The translations under genes were made by a program, and so were the position numbers. The notes beneath the pieces were generated by a model, which was not told where the DNA came from, ran no database searches, and worked only from the letters and a program-made list of their open reading frames with translations. DNA of 64,000 nucleotides, from positions 15,641 through 79,640 of the forward strand of contig CABYIV010000003.1 of assembly GCA_902519255.1 (NCBI GenBank), given 5' to 3'. This document shows positions 1 through 9,501 of the stretch, piece by piece (the first letter of the stretch is position 1; each line of letters opens with the position of its first letter). Origin of the DNA: an uncultured Pelagibacteraceae bacterium. Its GTDB lineage: Bacteria > Pseudomonadota > Alphaproteobacteria > Pelagibacterales > Pelagibacteraceae.

Positions 1-1413
1 GTGTGTTATCAAGAAGAAGTTAGAGACCCATCAAGAATGGCAGAAGTTTTAAACAGAGTAATAGAAAAAGCATTTAGAGGTTCAGCGCCTGCACAAATAA
101 ATGTACCAAGAGATTTTTGGACACAAGTTATAGATATAGAATTGCCTCCAATAGTAAGATTTGAAAGACAAGGTGGAGGAAAAGATGCTGTTGATAGAGC
201 TGCGAAATTATTATCAGAAGCAAAATTCCCAGTAATTTTATCTGGAGCAGGAGTTGTTATAGGTGATGCCATTGATGATTGTAAAAAATTAGCAGAAAAG
301 CTTGATGCACCTGTATGCAATGGATATCAACATAACGATAGCTTTCCAGGAAGTCATCCATTAGCTGTTGGTCCATTAGGTTACAACGGATCTAAAGCTG
401 CAATGGAGTTAATTTCAAAAGCTGATGTAGTTTTGGCATTAGGAACAAGATTAAATCCATTTTCAACATTACCAGGGTATGGAATTGATTACTGGCCAAA
501 AGATGCAACAATTATTCAAGTAGATATGAACCCCGATCGTATTGGTTTAACTAAGAAAGTTACAGTTGGTATTTGTGGTGATGCTAAAATGGTAGCTCAA
601 CAAATATTAGAAAAACTTTCATCAAATGCTGGAGATAATGGTAGAGAAGATAGAAAAAATCTAATTCATCAAACAAAATCTGCATGGTTGCAAACTCTTA
701 CAAGTTTAGATCATGAGGATGATGATCCTGGAACTGTTTGGAATAAAGAAGCAAGAGAAAGAGATAAAGATAGAATGTCCCCAAGACAAGCATGGAGAGC
801 TATTCAAGCTGGAATGCCAGAAGATGTTATAATTTCAAGCGATATTGGAAATAATTGTGCAATAGGTAATGCATACCCAACATTTGAGAAACCAAGAAAA
901 TATTTGGCACCAGGTTTATTTGGACCATGTGGATATGGATTTCCATCTATTCTTGGAGCAAAAATTGGATGCCCAGATACTCCAGTTATAGGTTTTGCTG
1001 GTGACGGAGCATTTGGAATAAGCATGAATGAAATGAGTTCGTGTGCAAGAGAAGAGTGGCCAGCAATAACAATGGTAATTTTTAGAAATTATCAATGGGG
1101 CGCTGAAAAAAGAAATTCAATATTGTGGTTTGATGATAACTTTGTTGGAACAGAGTTAGATCCAGAGTTAAGTTATGCAAAAGTTGCTAATGCATGTGGT
1201 TTAAAAGGTGTTATTGCAAATACAATGGAAGAAACCACTAAAGCTATTAAACAATCATGTGAAGATCAGAAAAAGGGCATTACTACATTTATAGAAATAA
1301 TTCTAAATCAAGAATTAGGTGAGCCATTCAGAAGAGATGCTATGAAAAAACCAGTTAAAGTAGCTGGTATAAGCAAGAGTGATATGAAGCCTCAAAAGTC
1401 TCTTGTTAGTTGA
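1..1413 (+). CDS. xsc: Sulfoacetaldehyde acetyltransferase (ThDP-dependent), 5'-truncated by window edge
   Basis: ThDP motif GDGAFG...N, plus Xsc-typical segments GPLGYNGSKAAM, QWGAEKRN and ELGEPFRRDAM. The first codon GTG is internal. Confidence 0.9.
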   Translation: MCYQEEVRDPSRMAEVLNRVIEKAFRGSAPAQINVPRDFWTQVIDIELPPIVRFERQGGGKDAVDRAAKLLSEAKFPVILSGAGVVIGDAIDDCKKLAEKLDAPVCNGYQHNDSFPGSHPLAVGPLGYNGSKAAMELISKADVVLALGTRLNPFSTLPGYGIDYWPKDATIIQVDMNPDRIGLTKKVTVGICGDAKMVAQQILEKLSSNAGDNGREDRKNLIHQTKSAWLQTLTSLDHEDDDPGTVWNKEARERDKDRMSPRQAWRAIQAGMPEDVIISSDIGNNCAIGNAYPTFEKPRKYLAPGLFGPCGYGFPSILGAKIGCPDTPVIGFAGDGAFGISMNEMSSCAREEWPAITMVIFRNYQWGAEKRNSILWFDDNFVGTELDPELSYAKVANACGLKGVIANTMEETTKAIKQSCEDQKKGITTFIEIILNQELGEPFRRDAMKKPVKVAGISKSDMKPQKSLVS

Positions 1414-1444
1414 GATTAGTAAAATTTCATTATAAAAATAATTA

Positions 1445-2749
1445 TTGGATTTAATAAACGACAATTTCTGTGGATGGACAAGACAACTTCCTGAAAGAAG
1501 TAATTTTAAATTACTAGATCAAGACATTTACTGTGATTATTTAATTGTAGGGGCTGGGTATACAGGATTATCAGCTGCTAGAAAACTTTCAGATATAATG
1601 AAAGATAAAAAAATTATTCTCATTGATGCACAGTTAGCGGGCGAGGGTGGAAGTTCAAGAAATTCAGGCTATCTAGTTGATACTACATTAAATGATGGTT
1701 TTACATCTAACAGCGATAAAGAGAATTATGTAAAAAAAACAAAAATATATCACTTGGGTATAGAAGCTGTTAGAAAATTTATAAAAGAATATCAGGTCGA
1801 TTGTGATTGGAACGAATGTGGAAAATATTTTGCTTCTTCTAAAGAGCAAGATGAGACAAAAGCTCAATCGTTCAGCAAATTATTAAATAGTCTTGGTTTT
1901 AAAAATAAAATTTTATTTAACAAAGAGTTAACTGAAAAATTGGGAACGCCTTTTTATAAAATTGGAGTTTTTACCTCAGGAGGAATTCTTTTAAACCCTG
2001 GTAAATTAGCTAGAGCAATGGTTGATACATTGCCAGATAATGTAAAATTATATGAAAATTCTCAAATTTATAATTGGAAAAAGATTAATAACAAAATTGA
2101 ATGTTTTACAAAAAAGCACAAAATAACTACTAAAAAAATTATTTTTTGCACAAATGGTTTTTTGAAATATTTTAATGTAAAAAAAAATTATAGTTTCCCA
2201 ATCACATTAACTGCTAGTCTCACGAGAAAACTCACAGATAAAGAATTTAAAGATATAGGTTCTCCAAAAGAGTGGGGTGTTCTTCCTATAAGACCAATGG
2301 GTGCTACTATAAGAATGACTAAAGATAGGAGAATACTTATAAGAAATACTGCAGAGTTAAGAAACCCTTTTTCAATGAATAGAAATGAATTAAATAAAAG
2401 AGCTGCAATTCATAAAGAAGGCATCAAAAAAAGATTTAAACAATTACCTGATAATATAATAGAGAGCAGTTGGTCGGGAATTGTATGTAGAAGTGGTAAT
2501 AGCTCTCAAATATTTGAAAAAATTGATGATAATATTTTTAGCGCAGGCTGTTACAATGGATCTGGCATTGGAGTAGGAACACTATTCGGTGAACAAATAG
2601 CCTTAATGGCCTCTAATCAACAATCTAATGAAATTGAAGTAATACAACAAAGAAAAAAACCAAACTGGTTACCACCACAACCCTTTTTAAATTTGGGAAT
2701 TTACACTAGATTAGCTTACGAAAGGATAAAAGCTCAAACTGAAATTTAA
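1445..2749 (+). CDS. FAD-dependent oxidoreductase, DAO/PuuB(OrdL)-like family
   Basis: IVGAGYTGLSAA Rossmann motif, SSRNSG, C-terminal GCYNGSGIGVG. TTG start. Confidence 0.8.
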   Translation: MDLINDNFCGWTRQLPERSNFKLLDQDIYCDYLIVGAGYTGLSAARKLSDIMKDKKIILIDAQLAGEGGSSRNSGYLVDTTLNDGFTSNSDKENYVKKTKIYHLGIEAVRKFIKEYQVDCDWNECGKYFASSKEQDETKAQSFSKLLNSLGFKNKILFNKELTEKLGTPFYKIGVFTSGGILLNPGKLARAMVDTLPDNVKLYENSQIYNWKKINNKIECFTKKHKITTKKIIFCTNGFLKYFNVKKNYSFPITLTASLTRKLTDKEFKDIGSPKEWGVLPIRPMGATIRMTKDRRILIRNTAELRNPFSMNRNELNKRAAIHKEGIKKRFKQLPDNIIESSWSGIVCRSGNSSQIFEKIDDNIFSAGCYNGSGIGVGTLFGEQIALMASNQQSNEIEVIQQRKKPNWLPPQPFLNLGIYTRLAYERIKAQTEI

Positions 2750-2955
2750 TGAAAAAAAATTTAAAGCTTATAGTTTTTTTAGTATTAGGAATTATTGCTC
2801 TTTACATCTCAACTAACTATTATAATGATTTTAATAGAAGCAAAACTATTAAAGCATGTATAATTGGAAAAGCTGAATTAGATTCTAAAAAAGCTAAAGA
2901 AGACAGATTATCAAATGAACAAATTAAAAAATTTTGTGAAGATCAAATAAAATGA
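2749..2955 (+). CDS. Small hypothetical membrane-anchored protein
   Basis: N-terminal hydrophobic helix and two Cys. Overlaps both neighbours as in an operon. Confidence 0.6.
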   Translation: MKKNLKLIVFLVLGIIALYISTNYYNDFNRSKTIKACIIGKAELDSKKAKEDRLSNEQIKKFCEDQIK

Positions 2956-4100
2956 TGAAAAAATCAAAAAGATCAGATGTTGATCCATTTATTGTAATGG
3001 ATGTAATGGAGTCTGCTAGAATTGCTGAAGAAAAAGGTAAAGATATAATTCATATGGAGGTAGGGCAGCCGGGAACACCAGCACCTAAGATTGCGAAAGA
3101 TTATATTACAAATGAGATAAATAAAAATAATCTTGGTTACACAGTATCACTTGGTCTACCAGCTTTAAGAACAAAAATTTCAAAATTATATGGAGATTGG
3201 TACAATTTAGATTTAAATCCAAATAGAATAGTAGTTACAACAGGGTCTTCCGGAGCCTTTATATTATCGTTTTCTGCATTGTTTGACAGTGGAGACAGAG
3301 TTGGAATTGGATCTCCAAGTTATCCTAGCTATAGACAAATACTTAAATCACTAAGTTTGGAAACTGTAGATATTCAAACCAAACTTCAAAATAGATTTCA
3401 ACCTGTTCCAGAAGATATTACAAATAATAATTTAAATGGAATTCTTGTTGCATCACCTGCAAATCCAACTGGATCTATGCTGGATAAACAATCTTTAGAG
3501 AATTTAATTTACACTGCAAATGAGAATAATGTAAGTTTCATTAGTGATGAAATTTATCATGGAATTCAATATGAAAATAATCCAACATCAGCTTTAGAGA
3601 TAACTGATAATTGCTATGTAATTAATTCTTTTTCAAAATACTTTTCCATGACTGGTTGGAGAATAGGGTGGATGGTTGTACCAGAAGATCATGTCAGACA
3701 AGTAGAAAGACTTTCACAAAATTTGTTTGTTTGTCCTCCACATGCAAGTCAAGTTACAGCTCTTGCTTCTTTAGATGCAAATGAAGAGTTACAATCGAAT
3801 GTTGAGGTATATAAAAAAAATAGAGAGATACTTTTAGAAGAATTACCGAAAGCAGGATTAAAAAAGTTTTCACCACCTGATGGAGCTTTTTACATTTATG
3901 TTGATATATCTGAATATTCAAATGATAGCTTAGCTTTTTGTAAAAAAGTTTTAGATGAAGCAAATGTTGCTATAACACCAGGAATTGATTTTGATCAAAA
4001 AAGAGGAAATTCTACTATCCGATTCTCATATGCCAGAAGCACAAAAGATATAATTGAAGGTGCTAAGAGAATTAAAGATTTTATGTCTAAAAATTATTAA
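2952..4100 (+). CDS. PLP-dependent aminotransferase class I/II (aspartate aminotransferase-like)
   Basis: SPANPTG, SDEIYH, NSFSKYFSMTGWRIGW (PLP lysine). Confidence 0.9.
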   Translation: MMKKSKRSDVDPFIVMDVMESARIAEEKGKDIIHMEVGQPGTPAPKIAKDYITNEINKNNLGYTVSLGLPALRTKISKLYGDWYNLDLNPNRIVVTTGSSGAFILSFSALFDSGDRVGIGSPSYPSYRQILKSLSLETVDIQTKLQNRFQPVPEDITNNNLNGILVASPANPTGSMLDKQSLENLIYTANENNVSFISDEIYHGIQYENNPTSALEITDNCYVINSFSKYFSMTGWRIGWMVVPEDHVRQVERLSQNLFVCPPHASQVTALASLDANEELQSNVEVYKKNREILLEELPKAGLKKFSPPDGAFYIYVDISEYSNDSLAFCKKVLDEANVAITPGIDFDQKRGNSTIRFSYARSTKDIIEGAKRIKDFMSKNY

Positions 4101-4146
4101 AAGGGGTCAGCTCAATTGGTTATTACCAAAAGAGCTCCCCTTTTTT
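4101..4146. terminator. Probable bidirectional intrinsic terminator
   Basis: AAGGGGtcAGCTC...GAGCTCCCCTTTTTT hairpin directly after the aminotransferase stop, with a T-tract on + and a shorter T-tract on -. Confidence 0.65.
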
Positions 4147-4214
4147 ATGCCATTTTGGCCAAATCCATCAAATGGATTTAGTTTGTGTTATTTTAATATG
4201 TGATATCTCACCAG

Positions 4215-4244
4215 CTAAGTGTCAGGTGGCGTTATTCTAAGCAT
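4215..4244 (-). CDS. Putative micro-peptide MLRITPPDT
   Basis: Minus strand reads AAGGAGGT-GCAA-ATG CTT AGA ATA ACG CCA CCT GAC ACT TAG, a perfect Shine-Dalgarno before the ATG. Confidence 0.4.
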   Translation of the reverse strand: MLRITPPDT

Positions 4245-4280
4245 TTGCACCTCCTTCACTTATAAAAATAAGTTTAAGGA

Positions 4281-4339
4281 AGGTTGTATTCAACAAATTT
4301 ATTTCTATTTTTTATAAATAAATTATTTGAATACAACCT
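4281..4339. repeat. Long imperfect inverted repeat
   Basis: AGGTTGTATTCAA/TTGAATACAACCT (13 bp perfect) plus inner AATTTATTT/AAATAAATT. Confidence 0.85.
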
Positions 4340-4447
4340 ATCTCTTTAGTAGATTCTCGATATCAAAATAATAAAAATATTCCAAAACTCTTAAATGAAA
4401 CTTATGTCACAGAGACAGACAATAAATATATTTGTAATTAAAATCTC

Positions 4448-4639
4448 ATGAAAACAATATTTGTTATTGGATCAAAAAAACATACTTTGAAATACACTAG
4501 AAAAATGCCAGAAGGTGAAGTTAAGAAAATGAAATCTTTTGTTACAAACAAAGGACAGAAGCTTGAAAAAACTTCAAAATTTAAAATTTTAAAAATCTCA
4601 GACGATAAAACTTCAAGAACTTTCAAAATCAGTCTTTAA
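4448..4639 (+). CDS. Small basic hypothetical protein
   Basis: 63-aa Lys-rich ORF ending 8 bp upstream of the photolyase gene. Confidence 0.55.
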   Translation: MKTIFVIGSKKHTLKYTRKMPEGEVKKMKSFVTNKGQKLEKTSKFKILKISDDKTSRTFKISL

Positions 4640-4647
4640 TTATTAAA

Positions 4648-6105
4648 ATGAACAAAATCGTATGGTTTAGGAACGATCTACGTATATCTAATAATGATGC
4701 ATTTAATGAGGCTGTAAAATCAGGAAAGATTTTACCAATTTACATATTTGATAGAGAATATCACAAATTACCTACATCAAGCTCATTCCATCTAGATTTT
4801 TTAAAATCATCATTAGACGATTTATCAAAAACACTAAGTGAAAAATATAATGCTAAAATCAATATATATTACGGAGATACATTAGAAATTTTAAGTCATT
4901 TAATTAATAAATTTAAAATAAATGAGGTTTATTCAAATATAATATTCAAGAACTTGTATATAACTAACTTAGATAAAGAAGTTAGTTTTTTATTTAAAGA
5001 AAAAAATATTAATTGGAAAATATCAAATCAATTTGGTGTTCAATTAAATCATAGAATAAGAAATAAATGGTCATATAATTGGAATAAATTTATAGATAGT
5101 GAAAGCGTAAATTCAAATTTAAATTGCGAGTTTATTTCAGATAATTATGTAGAAGATTTATCAAAAATAGAAACAAATAATTTAGAAAATGGAAAAATTC
5201 AAATTGGTGGAAGACAAAACGCACTTCAACTTTTAGACTCTTTCCTTAATGACAGATCAGAAAATTACCAAAAAGAAATGTCTTCACCAATAACTGGAGA
5301 AACTTCTTGTTCTAGATTAAGCCCTCATATTGCATTCGGAAATATTTCTATTAAAGAAATTTTTAAAAAAACTAACGATAAGTTAAAATACAATTTATCT
5401 TTTTCAAAAAAGAAATCCTTAATTGCTTTTAAAAGTCGATTAGCCTGGCACTGTCATTTTATTCAAAAATTGTATGATGAACCAGAAATTGAATTTAGAA
5501 ATATGAATAGCGCTTATAATGGAATAAGAGAAAATGATTTTAATGAAGATTATCATTTAGCTTGGAAAAATGGAACTACTGGTTATCCATTTGTTGATGC
5601 TTGCATGAGGTACCTTAGAAGTAATGGATGGATTAATTTTAGAATGAGAGCAATGTTAGTTTCATTTGCGTCTTATCAATTATGGCTTGATTGGAAAAAA
5701 ACATCAAAACATTTAGCAAAATTATTTACAGATTATGAGCCAGGTATACATTATTCACAGTTTCAAATGCAGTCAGGAACAACAGGAATAAATTCAATAA
5801 GAATTTACAATCCAATTAAACAATCAATTGATCAAGATCCCACTGGAGATTTTATAAAAAAATGGGTTCCAGAATTAAAAAATGTTCCAGGAAAATTAAT
5901 TCATGAACCATGGAAATTGACATTCATTGAACAAAAAGGAATTAATTTAGAAATTGGTAAAGATTATCCATCACCAATAGTTGATAATACAGTATCGACT
6001 AAAATTGCTAAGGAAAAAATCTGGAATGTTAAGAAAACAACAGAAGCAAAAGTGATTTCAGCTGAAGTATTAAGTAAACACGCTAGTTTATCTCAAAGAA
6101 GATAA
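4648..6105 (+). CDS. DNA photolyase/cryptochrome family protein
   Basis: [12 protein letters not shown]-terminus, [49 protein letters not shown]. Confidence 0.9.
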   Translation: MNKIVWFRNDLRISNNDAFNEAVKSGKILPIYIFDREYHKLPTSSSFHLDFLKSSLDDLSKTLSEKYNAKINIYYGDTLEILSHLINKFKINEVYSNIIFKNLYITNLDKEVSFLFKEKNINWKISNQFGVQLNHRIRNKWSYNWNKFIDSESVNSNLNCEFISDNYVEDLSKIETNNLENGKIQIGGRQNALQLLDSFLNDRSENYQKEMSSPITGETSCSRLSPHIAFGNISIKEIFKKTNDKLKYNLSFSKKKSLIAFKSRLAWHCHFIQKLYDEPEIEFRNMNSAYNGIRENDFNEDYHLAWKNGTTGYPFVDACMRYLRSNGWINFRMRAMLVSFASYQLWLDWKKTSKHLAKLFTDYEPGIHYSQFQMQSGTTGINSIRIYNPIKQSIDQDPTGDFIKKWVPELKNVPGKLIHEPWKLTFIEQKGINLEIGKDYPSPIVDNTVSTKIAKEKIWNVKKTTEAKVISAEVLSKHASLSQRR

Positions 6106-6108
6106 AAT

Positions 6109-6246
6109 TTAATTACCGTAAGGTATTCCAACTAATTTTCCATTTTCATTATAAAAATAAAAATAGTTTGGATTTATTACCTTTGGCTTTTTTAACAGCG
6201 TTTTAGATTTAATTATTGATTTATTTTTTTTTGATTTATTTTTCAC
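6109..6246 (-). CDS. Possible 45-aa hypothetical protein
   Basis: Hand-translated GTG-start ORF (KNKSKKNKSIIK...YFYFYNENGKLVGIPYGN) filling the intergenic gap. Confidence 0.3.
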   Translation of the reverse strand: MKNKSKKNKSIIKSKTLLKKPKVINPNYFYFYNENGKLVGIPYGN

Positions 6247-6357
6247 AATTTATAAATACTAAAAAAAATTAGGTAAACTATTGATAACTTTTCAACCCAG
6301 ATATGCATTTATTCTTAATCAATAAATTCAAATTAAGTATATCTATTCATTTTACTT

Positions 6358-8949
6358 ATGAAATTATCTGAATTATTTGAGCAAAATGGCTTTGATTTAG
6401 GAAATCTAAAAGAATCCTTTGGATTAATAGATGGAATATCAGGACATATAATAGCTGAAAGCGATGAAGTTTTAGCAAAGCAGCATCAAATTTCAGAAAA
6501 CATTTATTTTTTAATTAAAGGCAAAGCTACATTTACCAAATATTTTGAAAAAAAATCTATAACCTTTGCAAAAATAACAAAGCCTGCAACACCATTAGGT
6601 ATATCTGGACTTAATCAACCCAATAGATTTATGGGTGAAATATTTATTGAAGGTGGAACAGAATATATCTCCATAAAACTAGATGATTTAAGGGATTTAC
6701 AACAAAAAAATAGTAAACTTATATCAACATTATACTCAGCCATTTCGTTTTTTTCTTTCCAACTGCTTGTCTCTTCAAGAAATTTAAACACTTTGTATAA
6801 AGATGATGAAATACAAATATCTCCAGGCATCCCATCAGAAAAAAGTATTACAAATATACATAGAATTAAATCTGCTACTTTTTTTTCAACACTTACTGAT
6901 GATGACTTAGAAAAGTTTATTAAATTAGGTAATATTAAGATGTATTCATCAAATCAATATATAGTTAAAGAGGGAGATGTTTCTAAAGGTTTAAAGATAT
7001 TATTAAGTGGTAAAGTTGATGGCTTATTCCACAACTTTATTAATGGAAAAATAAGAAGAAATTTTAGAACTCTAACTAGAGCTGGTATTGCTCTAACTTT
7101 ATCTTCAGGGAAAGGAGATTTTTTTAATCCATATACAATTAAATCTACCAGGGATACAAAAGTTTTACATATTTCCAACGAAGCACTTGAAAATCTGATT
7201 ATTTCTGACCCTGAATTATCAATAAAGATTTTCAAAAGACAATTGTGGCAGTTAGGACGTTTCCAACAAAGTGCAACTGGTCTAACAAAATATTCAGCAG
7301 AAAACGAATTAGAATTTGTTAATTTATTATTGAAAGATAATACCGCAAGAATACCTGCTAGTTCTAAGTTATATAGTATTCCACATTTATTGAAGAGTAC
7401 TCATACTTATGCAATGGCATTTGATGTTGTTTACGAACTACTTATTAAAGGAAATGAGATAGAAAAATCATTATCTAGTTTAATAAAAGATACCTTAAAT
7501 AATTTAGAAAGAGAGTCTCGTTTCCACAGCCAATTAAATATTATTTATAATAGAGTTTCAAATTCTTCTAGTAATTCAGATAAAACAAAATTAAGAGAGT
7601 TAACCAATTCTAATTTCACCAAAGCTTTTGATAATGTTAAATATGTAATAAAGGGTTGGGAAAATTTACCAGATGAACCTACAAATATTTTTTTTTACAA
7701 TCACTTAGCAGCTATAGATGTTAATCAGCTTGCAAATGGGCATTCATTTTCAATCGACAGTCATTTTATCAGTTCAAAAATATTACATCCAAAATATAAT
7801 GATGGAGGCCAACGTATCGTTAGAACAAGTCGGAACACAGAATTTTGGAGATATAATTACTATGAAAATTTAGATTACATTTTTGTTCATACCCCAGAGT
7901 CTGATATGTTGGACGAAAGCGAAGAGGAAAAGAAATTACGAAAACAAAAGCTTTTTGACGAAGCTCAAAAGGTATTTAATCAAAAACAACCGATTGTAAT
8001 TGCGCCCGAAGGAACATCAGAAACAGAAGATAATAAAACAATAACATCTCCAGGACCATTTAAAGCTGGAGCATTTAATCTTGCATTTAAGCTTAACCCA
8101 AAACCAAAACTTATTCCAATCGCCCTTGCTAATTTTGATTACCCAGTTTCTAAAACGATATATTCAGCGGTTATTAAGGAGCCAATAACTATAAGTGATC
8201 ATGTTAAAGATCCAGAAAATCAAGAGGAAATGAAAAGCTTCTTAGATAATTACAGAACCAAATTTAGATCTTATGTAGAAGAAGCTATTGATTTAGCTAA
8301 AAATGTTCAAGACAACATAGATAAAATAGAGAATTTGAAAACTAATGTAAATTTAGTCAGTCCAGTTGAAGAAGAGTTTGAATTAGATGTTAGAGAATTA
8401 GAACATAATTCTTTTCAACAGACGAAAACAAATAACAGTGTTGCCTTGTATGGAAGTTCAACTTTTAAAATGTGGGATAATGCCAAAAACGATTTATCAA
8501 TAAATAATCTTTATAATTTAGGTTTTGGTGGTTCAACTTTAGTATCATGTAGAAGATATTTTGATAGATTGGTTGCTCCTTTAAACCCATCTAACCTTTT
8601 CTTTTATGCTGGAGACAATGATATCGGTTATGGAATGGATAGTGATGAATTGTTAAAAGAATTTTTATTATTTTCTAATCAAGTTGAAGAAAAACTACCA
8701 AGAGCGAAATGTTTTTTTATTTCAATTAAACCCAGTCCTTTTAGAAGAGATCTTATGACAACAATTTTAGATGCGAATTCAAAGATAAAAAAACACCTAA
8801 CTAATTTAAAAATGTGGGATTATGTTGATATTACGACACCCATGATAAATGCTGGTTATGATAAGTTTTACGATGAGGATCCACTCCATATGAATGAACT
8901 TGGATATAGTTTGTTAAGTAAGCTTGTAAGAGACAAAATTTATAATTAA
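6358..8949 (+). CDS. Multidomain protein: two cyclic-nucleotide-binding-like domains, PlsC/GPAT-type acyltransferase, SGNH/GDSL hydrolase
   Basis: cNMP-like repeats (IYFLIKGK; FFSTLTDDDL...IVKEGD...ILLSGKV). Acyltransferase NHLAAID (HX4D), APEGT, PFKAGAF. SGNH blocks YGSS, NLGFGGS, AGDND, DPLHMN. Confidence 0.8.
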   Translation: MKLSELFEQNGFDLGNLKESFGLIDGISGHIIAESDEVLAKQHQISENIYFLIKGKATFTKYFEKKSITFAKITKPATPLGISGLNQPNRFMGEIFIEGGTEYISIKLDDLRDLQQKNSKLISTLYSAISFFSFQLLVSSRNLNTLYKDDEIQISPGIPSEKSITNIHRIKSATFFSTLTDDDLEKFIKLGNIKMYSSNQYIVKEGDVSKGLKILLSGKVDGLFHNFINGKIRRNFRTLTRAGIALTLSSGKGDFFNPYTIKSTRDTKVLHISNEALENLIISDPELSIKIFKRQLWQLGRFQQSATGLTKYSAENELEFVNLLLKDNTARIPASSKLYSIPHLLKSTHTYAMAFDVVYELLIKGNEIEKSLSSLIKDTLNNLERESRFHSQLNIIYNRVSNSSSNSDKTKLRELTNSNFTKAFDNVKYVIKGWENLPDEPTNIFFYNHLAAIDVNQLANGHSFSIDSHFISSKILHPKYNDGGQRIVRTSRNTEFWRYNYYENLDYIFVHTPESDMLDESEEEKKLRKQKLFDEAQKVFNQKQPIVIAPEGTSETEDNKTITSPGPFKAGAFNLAFKLNPKPKLIPIALANFDYPVSKTIYSAVIKEPITISDHVKDPENQEEMKSFLDNYRTKFRSYVEEAIDLAKNVQDNIDKIENLKTNVNLVSPVEEEFELDVRELEHNSFQQTKTNNSVALYGSSTFKMWDNAKNDLSINNLYNLGFGGSTLVSCRRYFDRLVAPLNPSNLFFYAGDNDIGYGMDSDELLKEFLLFSNQVEEKLPRAKCFFISIKPSPFRRDLMTTILDANSKIKKHLTNLKMWDYVDITTPMINAGYDKFYDEDPLHMNELGYSLLSKLVRDKIYN

Positions 8950-8958
8950 TATTTTTTA

Positions 8959-9501
8959 ATGAATTTTAAAAAATATCTATGGAAATGTAGATTGTTAGTC
9001 CTCAATACACCTAATTACGGTGATCCAGAATATAAAAGATCAAAAGAATTATATCAAAAAGACATCAAAGGATTTCATAAAAGATACATAAAATTAGTTA
9101 CAAAATTAGATAAATCAAAAAAATTTAAAGTTACTTTAATTGGTTTTGATGGCACAAAAAAAAATGAGTCAGATAAAGTACACACAAAAAAAATTTTTGA
9201 AATAGTGGATAAAATGCCAATGAATAAACTCATCAAGGATAAAAAACTTAAACCTTTAAATCTTTCTTTGTTTTCAGATTATAAACCAGAGACAACCTTA
9301 AAAGGTTTAGGATTTAAAGATAAGGAAAAAGCATTGTTTACTGTTTCTGCTATAAAAAAAAGACCAATAAAATATCAAATAAACGTTATTGCAACTATGC
9401 TAGGTAGAGCTAAAAATCATCCAAATAAAACAAAAGATATGGATGATGCTATAATAGTTTTTAAAAAATGGATGAAAAATTACAAAGCAAATAAAAAATG
9501 A
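8959..9501 (+). CDS. DUF4174-like N-terminal domain fused to an uncharacterised C-terminal domain
   Basis: YLWKCRLLVL...VTLIGFDG...VDKMPM resembles DUF4174, followed by an extra C-terminal domain SDYKPETTLKGLGFKD...KKW. Confidence 0.55.
   Translation: MNFKKYLWKCRLLVLNTPNYGDPEYKRSKELYQKDIKGFHKRYIKLVTKLDKSKKFKVTLIGFDGTKKNESDKVHTKKIFEIVDKMPMNKLIKDKKLKPLNLSLFSDYKPETTLKGLGFKDKEKALFTVSAIKKRPIKYQINVIATMLGRAKNHPNKTKDMDDAIIVFKKWMKNYKANKK

Larger units (their letters stand above)
4101..4339 (-). ncRNA. Candidate structured RNA/leader containing a 9-aa micro-ORF (strand uncertain)
   Basis: Successive hairpins at 4101-4142, 4149-4159, 4161-4179, 4252-4280 and 4281-4339 in one of the longest intergenic gaps of the window. 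Confidence 0.45.

Noticed and set aside
4249-4256. 16S rRNA 3'-end fragment (ACCTCCTT)
   Set aside because: The flanking sequence does not resemble 16S rRNA. It is better explained as an SD or anti-SD.
4101-4339. Known riboswitch (glycine, SAM-V, TPP), SRP, tmRNA or RNase P RNA
   Set aside because: Their diagnostic consensus motifs were not found by eye. An Rfam scan is still needed.
6358-9501. Pycsar/CBASS-type anti-phage system
   Set aside because: cNMP-like domains plus a hydrolase are suggestive, but no cyclase or CD-NTase is adjacent and the acyltransferase domain does not fit known effectors. Kept only as a testable alternative.
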